From an uncultured Actinomycetota bacterium (GTDB lineage Bacteria; Actinomycetota; Humimicrobiia; Humimicrobiales; Humimicrobiaceae), in contig CAYREF010000001.1 of the NCBI GenBank assembly GCA_964423265.1, positions 4,548 to 68,547 on the forward strand: a DNA stretch of 64,000 nucleotides, written 5' to 3'. The position numbers and the translations under genes are program-made. Below are positions 44,423 to 53,619 of the stretch, piece after piece. The notes beneath the pieces were generated by a model. It was not told the origin of the DNA. It was given only the letters and a program-made list of their open reading frames with translations, and ran no database searches. Numbering within the stretch: the stretch's first letter is position 1; each line of letters starts with the position of its first letter.

Positions 44423-45571
44423 ATGCTAGGCAGTAACAAAATAGGGAAAAGATTTACCTGGATTGAAATTAATTTAGAAAACCTCAGCTATAATTTATCC
44501 CAGTTTAAATTGCTTCTGAAAAACAAGGATACCAAAATAATGGCTGTGGTAAAAGCCAATGCTTATGGGCATGGAGCGGTAGAAATATCAAAAAGGGCCC
44601 TAAAGGATGGGGCATATTGCCTGGGAGTAGCATTGGTAGAAGAAGGAGTTGAGCTAAGAAAAGCAGGGATCGGGGCTCCCATCTGTATTTTGGGAGAAAT
44701 CCCAGGTCCAGCCATAAAGGATGCGGTAAAATATGATTTGGCTCCTTCCATAAGCTCAGCCAGGAAAGCAAAGACCATATCAAAGATATCAAAATCTTTA
44801 GGCAAAACAGCTAATTGCCATATAAACATCGATACAGGAATGAATAGGCTGGGAATTAATTTCAGGGATTGTGCAAGGCAGATAAAGAAAATACTGGAAC
44901 TGGATTATATAAGTATTGAAGGGATATTTACCCATTTTTCCTGTGCCAGCGAAAAAGGGGATAGGTTTACGGAAATCCAGTGGAAAAGGTTTTGGGAAGT
45001 ACTTAAAGAAATACGGGAATTAAAGAAGGAGATAAAATTTTTCCACTGTTGTAATAGTGCTGCATTTCTAAAGTATAGAAAAATGGAGATGTACATGGTA
45101 AGGCTGGGGATTGCAATTTATGGCCTTAACCCTTTTAGCGGTTCTAGCTCGAAATTGGATTTGAAGCCGGTATTAAGCTTAAAATCTAGGATAACTTTTA
45201 TAAAAAAAGTGGCTCCAGGGGAAGGTATCTCTTATTGTTCAACTTTTAAAACTAAAAGGGAGAGCATAATTGCAACTATTCCCATAGGTTACGCGGATGG
45301 ATATAGCAGAATACTTTCCAATAAGGCAAGTGCAATAATTAACGGCCAATTTGCTCCGCTGGTGGGAAATATTACCATGGACCAGATTATGATAGATTTA
45401 ACAGATATAGAAGGGGCAGACCGCATCAAGGCCGGTCATGAAGTCATATTGCTTGGCAGCAGCGGGGATAAAAGAATTAGCGCTGAAAATCTGGCAGAGT
45501 TAGCGGGAACCATAAATTACGAAATTGTATGCAATTTTCGTTCAAGAATCCCCAGAATTTTTATAAATTAA
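44423..45571 (+). CDS. alr: Alanine racemase
   Basis: 382 aa. PLP motif AVVKANAYGHG. Confidence 0.93.
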   Translation: MLGSNKIGKRFTWIEINLENLSYNLSQFKLLLKNKDTKIMAVVKANAYGHGAVEISKRALKDGAYCLGVALVEEGVELRKAGIGAPICILGEIPGPAIKDAVKYDLAPSISSARKAKTISKISKSLGKTANCHINIDTGMNRLGINFRDCARQIKKILELDYISIEGIFTHFSCASEKGDRFTEIQWKRFWEVLKEIRELKKEIKFFHCCNSAAFLKYRKMEMYMVRLGIAIYGLNPFSGSSSKLDLKPVLSLKSRITFIKKVAPGEGISYCSTFKTKRESIIATIPIGYADGYSRILSNKASAIINGQFAPLVGNITMDQIMIDLTDIEGADRIKAGHEVILLGSSGDKRISAENLAELAGTINYEIVCNFRSRIPRIFIN

Positions 45572-45586
45572 ACATGAGAGGCAATA

Positions 45587-46174
45587 ATGAAAGTAATAGG
45601 ATTTAATGGAAGTCCCAGAGAAAATGGTAACACCCGAATAGCAATAAATACAGTTTTCAGGCAGTTGGAGAAAAACAATATAGAAACTGAAATAATAAAT
45701 ATGGGCGGGCATAACATAAAAGCTTGTACAGGATGTTTAAAGTGCATAAAGATGGGTACTGGATATTGTGCACTTGATGATGATAAATTAAACGTCTGGC
45801 TTAAAAAAGTTTATAGTGCTGATGGAATTATAATTGGCTCCCCTGTTTATTTTGCTTCAATGACTTCTCAAACTAAAGCATTAGTGGACAGGCTGGGCTA
45901 TTGCGCGCGGGTGGGCGGCTTTCTGTTAAAGGGAAAGGTGTGCTGCAGCGTAGCTGTTGTCAGGAGGCAGGGTGCTGTTTGTGTCCTGAATCAGATAAAC
46001 AATATGTTTCTTGCAAACCAGACTGTAGTGCCTTCATCAAGCTCATGGAATTTTGCTGTAGGGAGACACCCGGGCGAGGTTAGAAAAGATGAAGAAGGAA
46101 TGGAAACATTAAAAGTTTTAGGTGAAAATATGGCTTGGTTATTACAAAAAGTAGGAAAAAATGAAGAAGTCTGA
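45587..46174 (+). CDS. Iron-sulfur flavoprotein / NADPH-dependent FMN reductase family
   Basis: 195 aa flavodoxin-like fold. Compact Cys motif CTGCLKCIKMGTGYC. Confidence 0.7.
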   Translation: MKVIGFNGSPRENGNTRIAINTVFRQLEKNNIETEIINMGGHNIKACTGCLKCIKMGTGYCALDDDKLNVWLKKVYSADGIIIGSPVYFASMTSQTKALVDRLGYCARVGGFLLKGKVCCSVAVVRRQGAVCVLNQINNMFLANQTVVPSSSSWNFAVGRHPGEVRKDEEGMETLKVLGENMAWLLQKVGKNEEV

Positions 46175-46187
46175 AAAGTGAGTTATA

Positions 46188-46603
46188 TTGCCCTTAACAT
46201 TATTATTAATTATTTTTAGCATTGGCTGTACTAAAAATGTAATTATCTTGGATGAAGAGCAAAAAGAAGAGGCCGCAAAAATTACAGAGGAAATGTTGAT
46301 AGCCTTCAATGATGGAAATTACAAGAGTTTTCCAAGTATTTTTCAGGGCAGATGAAAAATGCACTTCCAGAAGAGGAATTTGAGGAATCTTTTTCCGGGC
46401 CCCTTTATGAAAAAATAGGAAAGTATGAATCTTCTTCCAAACAATACCTGGAAGCTTATGAAGATGACGGCCTTATCTCTGTTTATTACAGGGCAAAATT
46501 TACTAAGGATGGTGTGTTGGTTACTGTTGTTTTTGATAATGAAGGTAATCAGGTAGCAGTAGATGGATTGTGGTTCGACTCTCCTAAATTAAGAAAACAA
46601 TAA
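46188..46603 (+). pseudogene. Frameshifted lipoprotein (DUF3887-like)
   Basis: 46188..46355 encodes LPLTLLLIIFSIGC... (lipobox) ending ...SIFQGR*. 46352..46603 continues the same protein family in another frame (MKNALPEEEFE...). The junction is consistent with a 1-nt deletion (GGC CAG ATG to GGC AGA TGA). Confidence 0.55.
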
Positions 46604-46682
46604 AAATAATTTTTATAAAAATATTGAAACAGTATTTTGTAAATGCTAAAATTAGAGAAATTACTAAACTAAGGAGGTTTAG

Positions 46683-46970
46683 ATGGAGCCTAGTGATGCG
46701 GTAGGGTTAGGTATTGGTGCATTTGCCATTATTTGCTGGGTAGTATTTGCACTAATTGGCTTGTTTTTATTTATTGTTTGGATTATTGCTATAGTTGATT
46801 GTGCAAAAAGGAAAAAAGAAGAATTTCCTAGTGATGCAGAAAATGCTAAGACAATATGGCTAGTTATTTTAATTGCCTCTTGGGCAGTAGGGTTAAGCTG
46901 GCTGGCAGCGATCTTGTATTATTTTATGGTTATGAAGAAAAAACCCAGAAATAAGATTGTAAAAAAATAA
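46683..46970 (+). CDS. Small 2-TM membrane protein (PLD N-terminal domain-like)
   Basis: 95 aa, two hydrophobic helices, basic C-terminal tail. Confidence 0.4.
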   Translation: MEPSDAVGLGIGAFAIICWVVFALIGLFLFIVWIIAIVDCAKRKKEEFPSDAENAKTIWLVILIASWAVGLSWLAAILYYFMVMKKKPRNKIVKK

Positions 46971-46982
46971 AAGGTAGAAATT

Positions 46983-47012
46983 AAAGCCTCTTTCAAAGAG
47001 GCTTTAATTTTT
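46983..47012 (+). terminator. Rho-independent terminator between convergent genes
   Basis: 10-bp stem AAAGCCTCTT/AAGAGGCTTT with a 3-nt loop, followed by AATTTTT. Confidence 0.6.
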
Positions 47013-47017
47013 CTTCT

Positions 47018-47218
47018 CTAATCTTCCCCCAGCTTACTGGTAGCAAAATCCTTAATTGCTTTGGCTGCATCGGGTGGAATTATATTTTTTGCCTGGAGTA
47101 AAGTGGTAATGTTTTTTAGGCCTATTCTTTTAATTATGTAGCCTGCGAATGCTCCCATAGCGGCTCCGCCAATAATAAACCATAGTATGTTTTTGTCAAC
47201 TTCCTTTTCTTTGTCCAT
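47018..47218 (-). CDS. Small membrane protein, hypothetical
   Basis: 66 aa, one TM helix (ILWFIIGGAAMGAFAGYII). Confidence 0.35.
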   Translation of the reverse strand: MDKEKEVDKNILWFIIGGAAMGAFAGYIIKRIGLKNITTLLQAKNIIPPDAAKAIKDFATSKLGED

Positions 47219-47235
47219 CTTTCCTCCATAAAAAT

Positions 47236-47565
47236 TTATTTTTCAATTGACTTCTTTATTAATTTATTTTTATTGGCAAGTTCTTCCAATAAGACCTCGC
47301 CTATAAGGTCATAGGCTTTAATTATTTTTGGATTGGAAATAGAATAATAAACATTATTTCCTTCTTTTTTTGTATTAACTACTGCCTTGGCCCTTAGCAG
47401 TGATAAGTGCTGGGACAGGTTAGCTTGAGGGATCCCGGTTTTCTTTACAAGATCATTAACTTTTACTTCTCCCTCTCTTAGTGCATTTATGATTGCCTGT
47501 CTTCTGGGGTTTGAAATTGTCTTGCAAATGTCTGCATGCAAATTATAAAATTCATTTTTTTTCAT
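47236..47565 (-). CDS. ArsR/SmtB-family transcriptional regulator (no metal-binding Cys pair)
   Basis: 109 aa winged HTH (GIPQANLSQHLSLLRAKAVV). Confidence 0.75.
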   Translation of the reverse strand: MKKNEFYNLHADICKTISNPRRQAIINALREGEVKVNDLVKKTGIPQANLSQHLSLLRAKAVVNTKKEGNNVYYSISNPKIIKAYDLIGEVLLEELANKNKLIKKSIEK

Positions 47566-47636
47566 TAAGATATCCCTTCTAACTGCTACTATGAATATTA
47601 AATGATAAGTACTATATAGTCAATTTAAAGAAATAT

Positions 47637-50600
47637 TTAAAAATTACCCTTCCTTAATTCGTAAATCATTTTATCCATGATAAGGGGGATTATTTTAGGC
47701 AACATGGAAGGCATTAGTGCATCCATAACCTCCGGGAACATTTTTGGCATCAGCTTTTCCATGGACTCAGGCATCTGGGGGATGTTTCTTTTAAAGTATT
47801 TATATATTTTTGGCAGTACCTGGGGCATCATTTTAGGGAGCATTTTTGGTATCATTGCAGGCATAATTTTAGGCATAAAAGAATAAGCCAAGTTTGTTAA
47901 AGGTGATGGCAATTTATTTATTACCCTCATCATTTTTTTCATGTATTTTGGCATGGCAGAAATTAAGTCTGCCATAAAATCTTTCATAATTTTTGCCATT
48001 CCACTGGCTGTCATGTAATTTATCATGATATCGAATACTTCCCATGCTTGCAGAGTATCATTGGTTGAATCCTTGCTTTTAAAACCCAGTGACTCAATGA
48101 AATAGTCGGTTACATCTAATATTTTTAAATCTTTTTCTTTGTTGCTAACCCTTAACTGAACCTCACAACAGGGACAAGAGGTGAGGATAGTTTCTGCGCC
48201 TGTGCTGCTGGCTTCTTCTATTCTCATTTTACCAATAAGATCTGCAGTTGGGTCGGGTTCCCCGGCCCTGGTAAGCACGCTGCCGCAGCAAAGGGCATCT
48301 TCTTTGCTGTGCTCCATTTCCTTGAAAGTGATTCCTGGAATAGAAGCAATCATGTCCCTGGGCTGCTGGTATATGTTACCATGCCTTCCTATGTGGCAGG
48401 GGTCATGGTAGGTTACAGTTTCATTCCTATTGAGCTTGGGAATTAATTTGCCCTCGCCAAGAAGTTTGGAAGCAGTTTCTGTAATATGCTCCAGTTCTAC
48501 ATCAAATTTAAGCCCTAATTTTTTTGCCCATTTTCGGTACATGTCATTAAGCGTTACCCAGCAGCCAGGACAGGATATTATTATTTTATTGATACCTTTT
48601 TTGTTTATATTTTCGATGTTTTTTCTTACAGCTTTTTCAAATACGTCCCATTTACCTGCCATGTAGAAGGGAACTCCACAGCAGGCTTCTTCTTCTCCTA
48701 AAATAGTAAAATCAATTCCACCTTCCTTGAGTATTCTGGTTGCGTTTTGGGCAATGTCCTGTGCTATGTAGGAGGCTGTACAACCGGCCCAGTACAGAGT
48801 GCTGCTGTCAGGGCTAACCTCTATATCTTCCGGTAACCATTTGCTCCTATCTTCCTTAAACTTTGCCCAGATGTTATTTTCGTTCCTGTAAGAAGAAGCC
48901 ATCATCTCAAAAGCAGGAATAGTAGGATATTTCTTCTTGTATACTAAATCTTCCCTCATATTATCCCAGGTCTCCAGTATTGGTATTTCTACCTGGCAAA
49001 CCGGATCGCATCTTTTGCAGGTGGTGCAAAGTAGGAAAGATTTTACAATTTCATCATCTAATTTTATATTTCCCTTCTGGTATTCATTCAATATTTTCCA
49101 TTTTCCCCTTGGTGTGGAGCTTTCCCACAGCCTGCTTTCATAGAGTTCGCAAGCTTGTACACAGTAGCCGCATTTTGCACAAAGGGTAGAATACCACAGT
49201 GCGTCTTTAGGTATTTTAGCTGTTTCACTTTTACCATTCCTTCTATTCTTTACCATTTTCCTTAAAATGGGGTAAAGCCATTCCAGCCTTTCAGCTAACC
49301 GCATAAGGGAATTAAGTTTTTTTGCAGGATTATTCTTTAGGGAGCCAGTGGAGAACAGCTTTCCGGGGTTGAGGATATTGTCTTTATCTGCCTGCTTTTT
49401 GAAATTTAAAAGATAATCATACTTATCTCCCAAGCTTCTTTGGGATTTGTAATTAAAGTACATCCCCGGACTGTATACTTTTCCCCCTAATTTTTCAGCT
49501 GCTTTTATCAGAGAGATGGAAGCGGTAAAGGTAGCCGCATATGATAGACTTCTTTCATCAGAAAGTATAAAGCCTAAAACAGTTAGGCTCCCATCTTTTG
49601 AGTAGATGTTTTCTGAAAGGAATCCGCTGTCTATTTCCCTGGAAACAATATTGTAAAATTGACCTGCTCTCTCTTTTGGAATTATTACTTCCACGGGTAC
49701 CAATGAAGGACCTAGCTTTTTTATCCTCATTACAAAGAACCTGTTTTCCCATTCCTTTTCAGCCAAACTGCTGCTGCTAATCTTAGCTCCAGAATTCAGG
49801 CTGTTGATAAAGTTTTCCACATTTTCCTTACAATTTTCAAAATAGGAAATAAGTACATTATACTTCTCTTCTAATGATTCCCCGTTTTTTCCTATTTTAT
49901 TTTTAGCCTTGGCCATGGCTGGGTTTATGAATGAAAATGTATAGAAGCTAATATTTTTTCTGTAAGCCTGGCTGGCAAATTTTTCAATTTGGGAAAGGCT
50001 ATCAAAGGTGAGCAATTTTTTATAAATTCTTTCCTTTCTCTTAATTGAAAAGGTGATTTCAGTTATAAGGGAGGTAGTCCCCATGCTTTCTGCTACCAAA
50101 CTTATATCTTTTCCCCGGAGGGATTTTTGCTTCCCCTGGGGGGTTACAATTTTTACCTCTTGGACCAAGCTGCTAAATTTTCCATACTTGAAGCTGCCAA
50201 TCCCTATCCCGCCCTGAGCCAGCCATCCGCCTACAGTAGACCCGGGAGCGCTTGAAGGATAAAGCCTTAAGTCTAATCCTTCTATATTTAATTTTGTTTC
50301 CAGGTCTTTCCATATAATACCCGGTTGAACAGTTACAGTTAGGTCTTTTTTGTTGATCTTCTTTATTTTATTCATCTGGGAAAATACAATGCTTATTCCT
50401 CTTGCTGCAGGTATAGAGCCTCCATAGCCACTGGTTCCTAAGCCTCTTGGGGTTAGTGGAATATTATATTTGCCTGCAAGCGTTACCAGCTTAATAATTT
50501 CTTCCGTATTTTTGGGAAGCACGATTGCATCAGGGAGGCTATCTATGCTTTTTCTGACAAAGGAAGGCATCACCCCTAAGTCAGTGGAATATAACATCCT

Positions 50601-50666
50601 TTCATATTTTTTAAGGTTAACCCTTCTCCCAAAAATATCTTTAAGCTCTGTTTCTATTTTTAGCAT
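47637..50666 (-). CDS. FAD-binding oxidase fused to Fe-S/CCG-domain oxidoreductase (GlcD + GlpC/HdrD-like; D-lactate/glycolate dehydrogenase-like) with Met/Pro-rich C-terminal repeat tail
   Basis: 1009 aa. N-terminal FAD_binding_4 domain. 2x ferredoxin motifs (CAKCGYCVQAC, CTTCKRCDPVC). Two CCG domains (CCGVPF, CCGSVL). Last about 125 aa is about 18% Met with reiterated MPKxM units. Confidence 0.75.
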   Translation of the reverse strand: MLKIETELKDIFGRRVNLKKYERMLYSTDLGVMPSFVRKSIDSLPDAIVLPKNTEEIIKLVTLAGKYNIPLTPRGLGTSGYGGSIPAARGISIVFSQMNKIKKINKKDLTVTVQPGIIWKDLETKLNIEGLDLRLYPSSAPGSTVGGWLAQGGIGIGSFKYGKFSSLVQEVKIVTPQGKQKSLRGKDISLVAESMGTTSLITEITFSIKRKERIYKKLLTFDSLSQIEKFASQAYRKNISFYTFSFINPAMAKAKNKIGKNGESLEEKYNVLISYFENCKENVENFINSLNSGAKISSSSLAEKEWENRFFVMRIKKLGPSLVPVEVIIPKERAGQFYNIVSREIDSGFLSENIYSKDGSLTVLGFILSDERSLSYAATFTASISLIKAAEKLGGKVYSPGMYFNYKSQRSLGDKYDYLLNFKKQADKDNILNPGKLFSTGSLKNNPAKKLNSLMRLAERLEWLYPILRKMVKNRRNGKSETAKIPKDALWYSTLCAKCGYCVQACELYESRLWESSTPRGKWKILNEYQKGNIKLDDEIVKSFLLCTTCKRCDPVCQVEIPILETWDNMREDLVYKKKYPTIPAFEMMASSYRNENNIWAKFKEDRSKWLPEDIEVSPDSSTLYWAGCTASYIAQDIAQNATRILKEGGIDFTILGEEEACCGVPFYMAGKWDVFEKAVRKNIENINKKGINKIIISCPGCWVTLNDMYRKWAKKLGLKFDVELEHITETASKLLGEGKLIPKLNRNETVTYHDPCHIGRHGNIYQQPRDMIASIPGITFKEMEHSKEDALCCGSVLTRAGEPDPTADLIGKMRIEEASSTGAETILTSCPCCEVQLRVSNKEKDLKILDVTDYFIESLGFKSKDSTNDTLQAWEVFDIMINYMTASGMAKIMKDFMADLISAMPKYMKKMMRVINKLPSPLTNLAYSFMPKIMPAMIPKMLPKMMPQVLPKIYKYFKRNIPQMPESMEKLMPKMFPEVMDALMPSMLPKIIPLIMDKMIYELRKGNF

Positions 50667-50767
50667 GGGTCTCCTAGGTCATATAATATTAATATATTAA
50701 TATATCTTAATATTAACAGATTATCAATATTTTTTTATATTTCCCAAATAATGTAAAATATATTCTT

Positions 50768-51448
50768 ATGGATGGGAAAAATTATAAATACTTTGACTTA
50801 ATTGTGGGACTGTTCGTGGCAGTCCTTTTGATCTCCAATATTGCCTCTACAAAGATTGTCCAGATTTGGAGGCTTACCTTTGACGGAGGTACTATACTTT
50901 TTCCCCTTTCATATATTTTTGGCGATATCCTTACCGAAGTTTATGGGTACAGAAAAAGCAGGAGAGTTATATGGATTGGTTTTTTCTGTGCAGTTCTTAT
51001 GTCCGTTACCCTGGGGGTTATTGGAATAATAAAGCCGGCTGAAGGATGGGATCTGCAAGAGTCTTATATGGCAATTCTAGGGCAGACTCCAAGAATTGTT
51101 ACTGCTTCGCTTATTGCCTATTTTCTGGGGGAATTTTCCAACTCTTTTATCATGGCAAAAATGAAAATTTTAACCATGGGGAAGTGGCTTTTTACAAGGA
51201 CCATTGGATCCACCATTGTAGGCCAGGGAGTAGATACTATGGTATTTGTAATAATTGCCTTTAGCGGGCTTTATCCGGCTCCTTTAATAATTTCTATAAT
51301 TGTGTCCAATTATGTGTTTAAGGTTGGCTTGGAAGCTGTATTTACGCCTGCAACCTACAAGATAGTACACGTATTGAAAAAAGCAGAAAATGTAGACTAC
51401 TATGATTACAAAACAAACTTCAATCCGTTTCTATTCTGGAGGAAATAG
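50768..51448 (+). CDS. yhhQ: Queuosine-precursor transporter family (YhhQ/VUT, DUF165)
   Basis: 226 aa, 6 TM. FPLSYIFGDILTEVYGY motif typical of YhhQ. Confidence 0.7.
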   Translation: MDGKNYKYFDLIVGLFVAVLLISNIASTKIVQIWRLTFDGGTILFPLSYIFGDILTEVYGYRKSRRVIWIGFFCAVLMSVTLGVIGIIKPAEGWDLQESYMAILGQTPRIVTASLIAYFLGEFSNSFIMAKMKILTMGKWLFTRTIGSTIVGQGVDTMVFVIIAFSGLYPAPLIISIIVSNYVFKVGLEAVFTPATYKIVHVLKKAENVDYYDYKTNFNPFLFWRK

Positions 51449-51510
51449 ACACTCTTTAGGTTAAACTTATATACCTTGAAGTTTTAAAGGCAGGTCAAGA
51501 TGGTTTTCCT

Positions 51511-52021
51511 TCAGAAATTTTTGTCTGTAAGGGCCTCGCTTGCTTCTCCATCATAGGTACTCCTGCCCTTGTTTATTATAATGCGGCGGTTAGAAAAATC
51601 ATAAGCCATATCCAGGTCATAGGTGGCAATAATGATGGTTTTTTCCTTAAAAAATTAACCAAGCAAAAAGCAACATCGTCAAATACACTGGTGGAAAACA
51701 GCTGGTCAATGGGATCCTGGAAAGCAAATCCTATATCCTCTCTAATGCTATGAAAGTTAGCTTTGTTTAGGGTTTTTCAAAAATGGATATATCTCCCTTC
51801 CTGTATTCTCCGTCCATGAGCCCGGCAATGTTTAAAAGAAAGATAGATTTGCCTGCCCCATTGGGACCAATTATTGAAACTTTCTCTCCTTCTTTAACCT
51901 TAAATGCTATGTCTTTTAGCGCCAGTTTCAATTCTGGGGTTGGCTGGCTCAAGTGGCTGCTAGAAGGATATTTATAAGAAAGGCTTTTAATTTGTACTGC
52001 GTATTTTTTATGTTCAGGCAT
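51511..52021 (-). pseudogene. ABC transporter ATPase remnant (CbiO/EcfA-like), multiply frameshifted
   Basis: The ORF 51767..52021 has an intact N-terminus with Walker A GPNGAGKS. Downstream frames carry Q-loop/H-loop-like pieces (IGFAFQDP..., YDLDMAYDFSNRRIIINKGRSTYDGEA) in different frames. Confidence 0.6.
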
Positions 52022-52122
52022 ATTGATTACCAGGCTAGATAAATTTTACAATCTCAATTATTTTAAGTGATGTAGATAATATAATGAAAGAGGCAAGAAA
52101 TGTAATGCCTGAGGCAGATGAT

Positions 52123-52251
52123 TTATCTGACTTTCATCCGGGTTTTAAAATATTTTTTTGCTCCATATATTGCCCCCGCCAGTCCTCCGGCTGAAATTGT
52201 GCCAGTAGATACGGCAGTTTTGAGATCCACAAATCCATCAGGCATATGCAT
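52123..52251 (-). pseudogene. Truncated cbiM-like fragment (42 codons)
   Basis: MHMPDGFVDLKTAVSTGTISAGGLAGAIYG... matches the conserved CbiM/NikM N-terminus (MH.PDG) but stops after 42 aa. SD GGAGG sits 5 nt upstream. Confidence 0.5.
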
Positions 52252-52507
52252 CGCCGCCTCCTATAAGTGACACTAATATAATTAAAGTTGCACCAACTAT
52301 TTAAATAGTCAACAGTAATTTGTTTTATTTAAATTTTTAAAAGAACTTCCTTCATTTTGCTCATATATAATAGGCTTACCAGGAATACTTCATGGTGATT
52401 GAATTTTTCTGGCTGAAATTTAGCACTGTTATTTTACCCACATAATTTCTAATATTGATGTTAGCATGTTTTAGAATTGTAAGAACTGCTATGTATTTCT
52501 AAAAAAA

Positions 52508-53392
52508 CTATTCCATATCTTCAGGGTAAGGGTATCTGTAATGGCCGACTATTTCATAATCTAGAAGTACATCAACTTCACTTACCTTGCCTAGCTCTTT
52601 TGATGTCATTATTACCAAAGGCACGCCATTTTCATTGGTGTGCGATGAGATGAAGCCACCTAGATCCTTATGGGGGTTTTCTTCATCAAGCTGGAAATAA
52701 ACAATATCCCCAGCCTGCCATTGGATATTATTGGCTGGGTGCTCTGGATCGTATTCTGTGTCAAGCTCCAGCGCATGCCTTTTAAAGAATGTTTCCTGGA
52801 AGAAAACATGCCTGAAATCAATATATTTTATAGGCTCATCCCTTCCAATTATATCCATGGGATAAGATTCTGAATGCTCTAACATGTCTTCATAAATTAA
52901 CTCCATTAAGTCATAACCGCAGTCCCTTAGAACCATGGCTATTATGTCGGTGGAAACTCCTATATTGTCTGTGGGGTATCCTGTTTCCGGGTAAAGCTCA
53001 TAACCGTATTCTATATTTTCTTCAAGCATCTCCAGTGACTTTAAAACTATATCTTTCTGGACATCAGACAGTTGGCTGTTTTCAACTCCACTAGGAGTTG
53101 GAACCTCGGTGGCTTTAGTTAGTTCAATTTCCATGCTTTCTAGTTCCTCCGGGGTTTCTTCTGCTAGCATCGTGGTAGCTTCTTCTGGTTCTGGGCTCTC
53201 CTCGTTTATTACCAATTCACTAATTGGATAACTCTTACTAGATTGAAATAAATCCAGTGGAATCTTTTTTATCACTTCTTTGTAGTAATCTTTTAAAACC
53301 CAGAATTGCAGGGCAGCTAGAATAATTACAATTATTGCCAGATACTTGTAATTGCTGGATCTTTTTAACTGGGTTCTTCTACTCCTTCTCAT
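52508..53392 (-). CDS. DUF1287 (YijF-like) domain protein with N-terminal TM anchor and acidic linker
   Basis: 294 aa. C-terminal region resembles YijF family motifs (GVSTDIIAMVLRDCGYDL, QAGDIVYFQL, GVPLVIMTS, YEIVGHYRY). Confidence 0.55.
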   Translation of the reverse strand: MRRSRRTQLKRSSNYKYLAIIVIILAALQFWVLKDYYKEVIKKIPLDLFQSSKSYPISELVINEESPEPEEATTMLAEETPEELESMEIELTKATEVPTPSGVENSQLSDVQKDIVLKSLEMLEENIEYGYELYPETGYPTDNIGVSTDIIAMVLRDCGYDLMELIYEDMLEHSESYPMDIIGRDEPIKYIDFRHVFFQETFFKRHALELDTEYDPEHPANNIQWQAGDIVYFQLDEENPHKDLGGFISSHTNENGVPLVIMTSKELGKVSEVDVLLDYEIVGHYRYPYPEDME

Positions 53393-53585
53393 AGTATAGC
53401 TATTATATTAGATTCGGGCATAATTTGAAACTGCATTGAGGGGATTTTTAAATTGACCTATTTTTAACTTTTTATTATTTACAAATTACCTTTATATATA
53501 ACAGTATATATATTTCCGATGAATAAGGCTTATGTAAAGCAAGCCTGCAGAAGCTTTTACAAAAGGTAAAAAGGGAATAGCTATA

Positions 53586-53613
53586 TTGACATATTTAAAT
53601 ATATAATTATAAT
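53586..53613 (+). promoter_or_regulatory. ars promoter with 12-bp palindromic candidate operator
   Basis: TTGACA 53586..53591, perfect palindrome ATATTTAAATAT 53591..53602 in the spacer, TATAAT 53608..53613. The ATG at 53620 follows with no SD, so the transcript may be leaderless. Confidence 0.4.
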
Positions 53614-53619
53614 TTAATT

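Noticed and set aside
45901-46083. 60-aa ORF in an alternative frame within the flavoprotein gene.
   Set aside because: Nested inside a well-supported gene. Cys/Arg-rich translation is typical of an out-of-frame artefact.
47677-47886. 69-aa Gly/Ile-rich + strand ORF.
   Set aside because: Mirror image of the Met/Pro-rich repeat on the opposite strand. This is a repeat artefact.
50667-50767. Looked for a preQ1 riboswitch upstream of the yhhQ-type transporter. The region has AT-rich TAATAT/ATTAATAT repeats (50681..50719).
   Set aside because: No P1 hairpin plus A-rich pseudoknot tail matching preQ1-I/II could be found. The repeats look like generic AT-rich promoter DNA for the divergent genes. 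They may be an operator, but this is unsupported.
52252-52507. Looked for a cobalamin or NiCo riboswitch on the minus strand upstream of the cbiM stub.
   Set aside because: No B12-box or conserved GCCACTG core recognisable by eye. Locus is decayed anyway.
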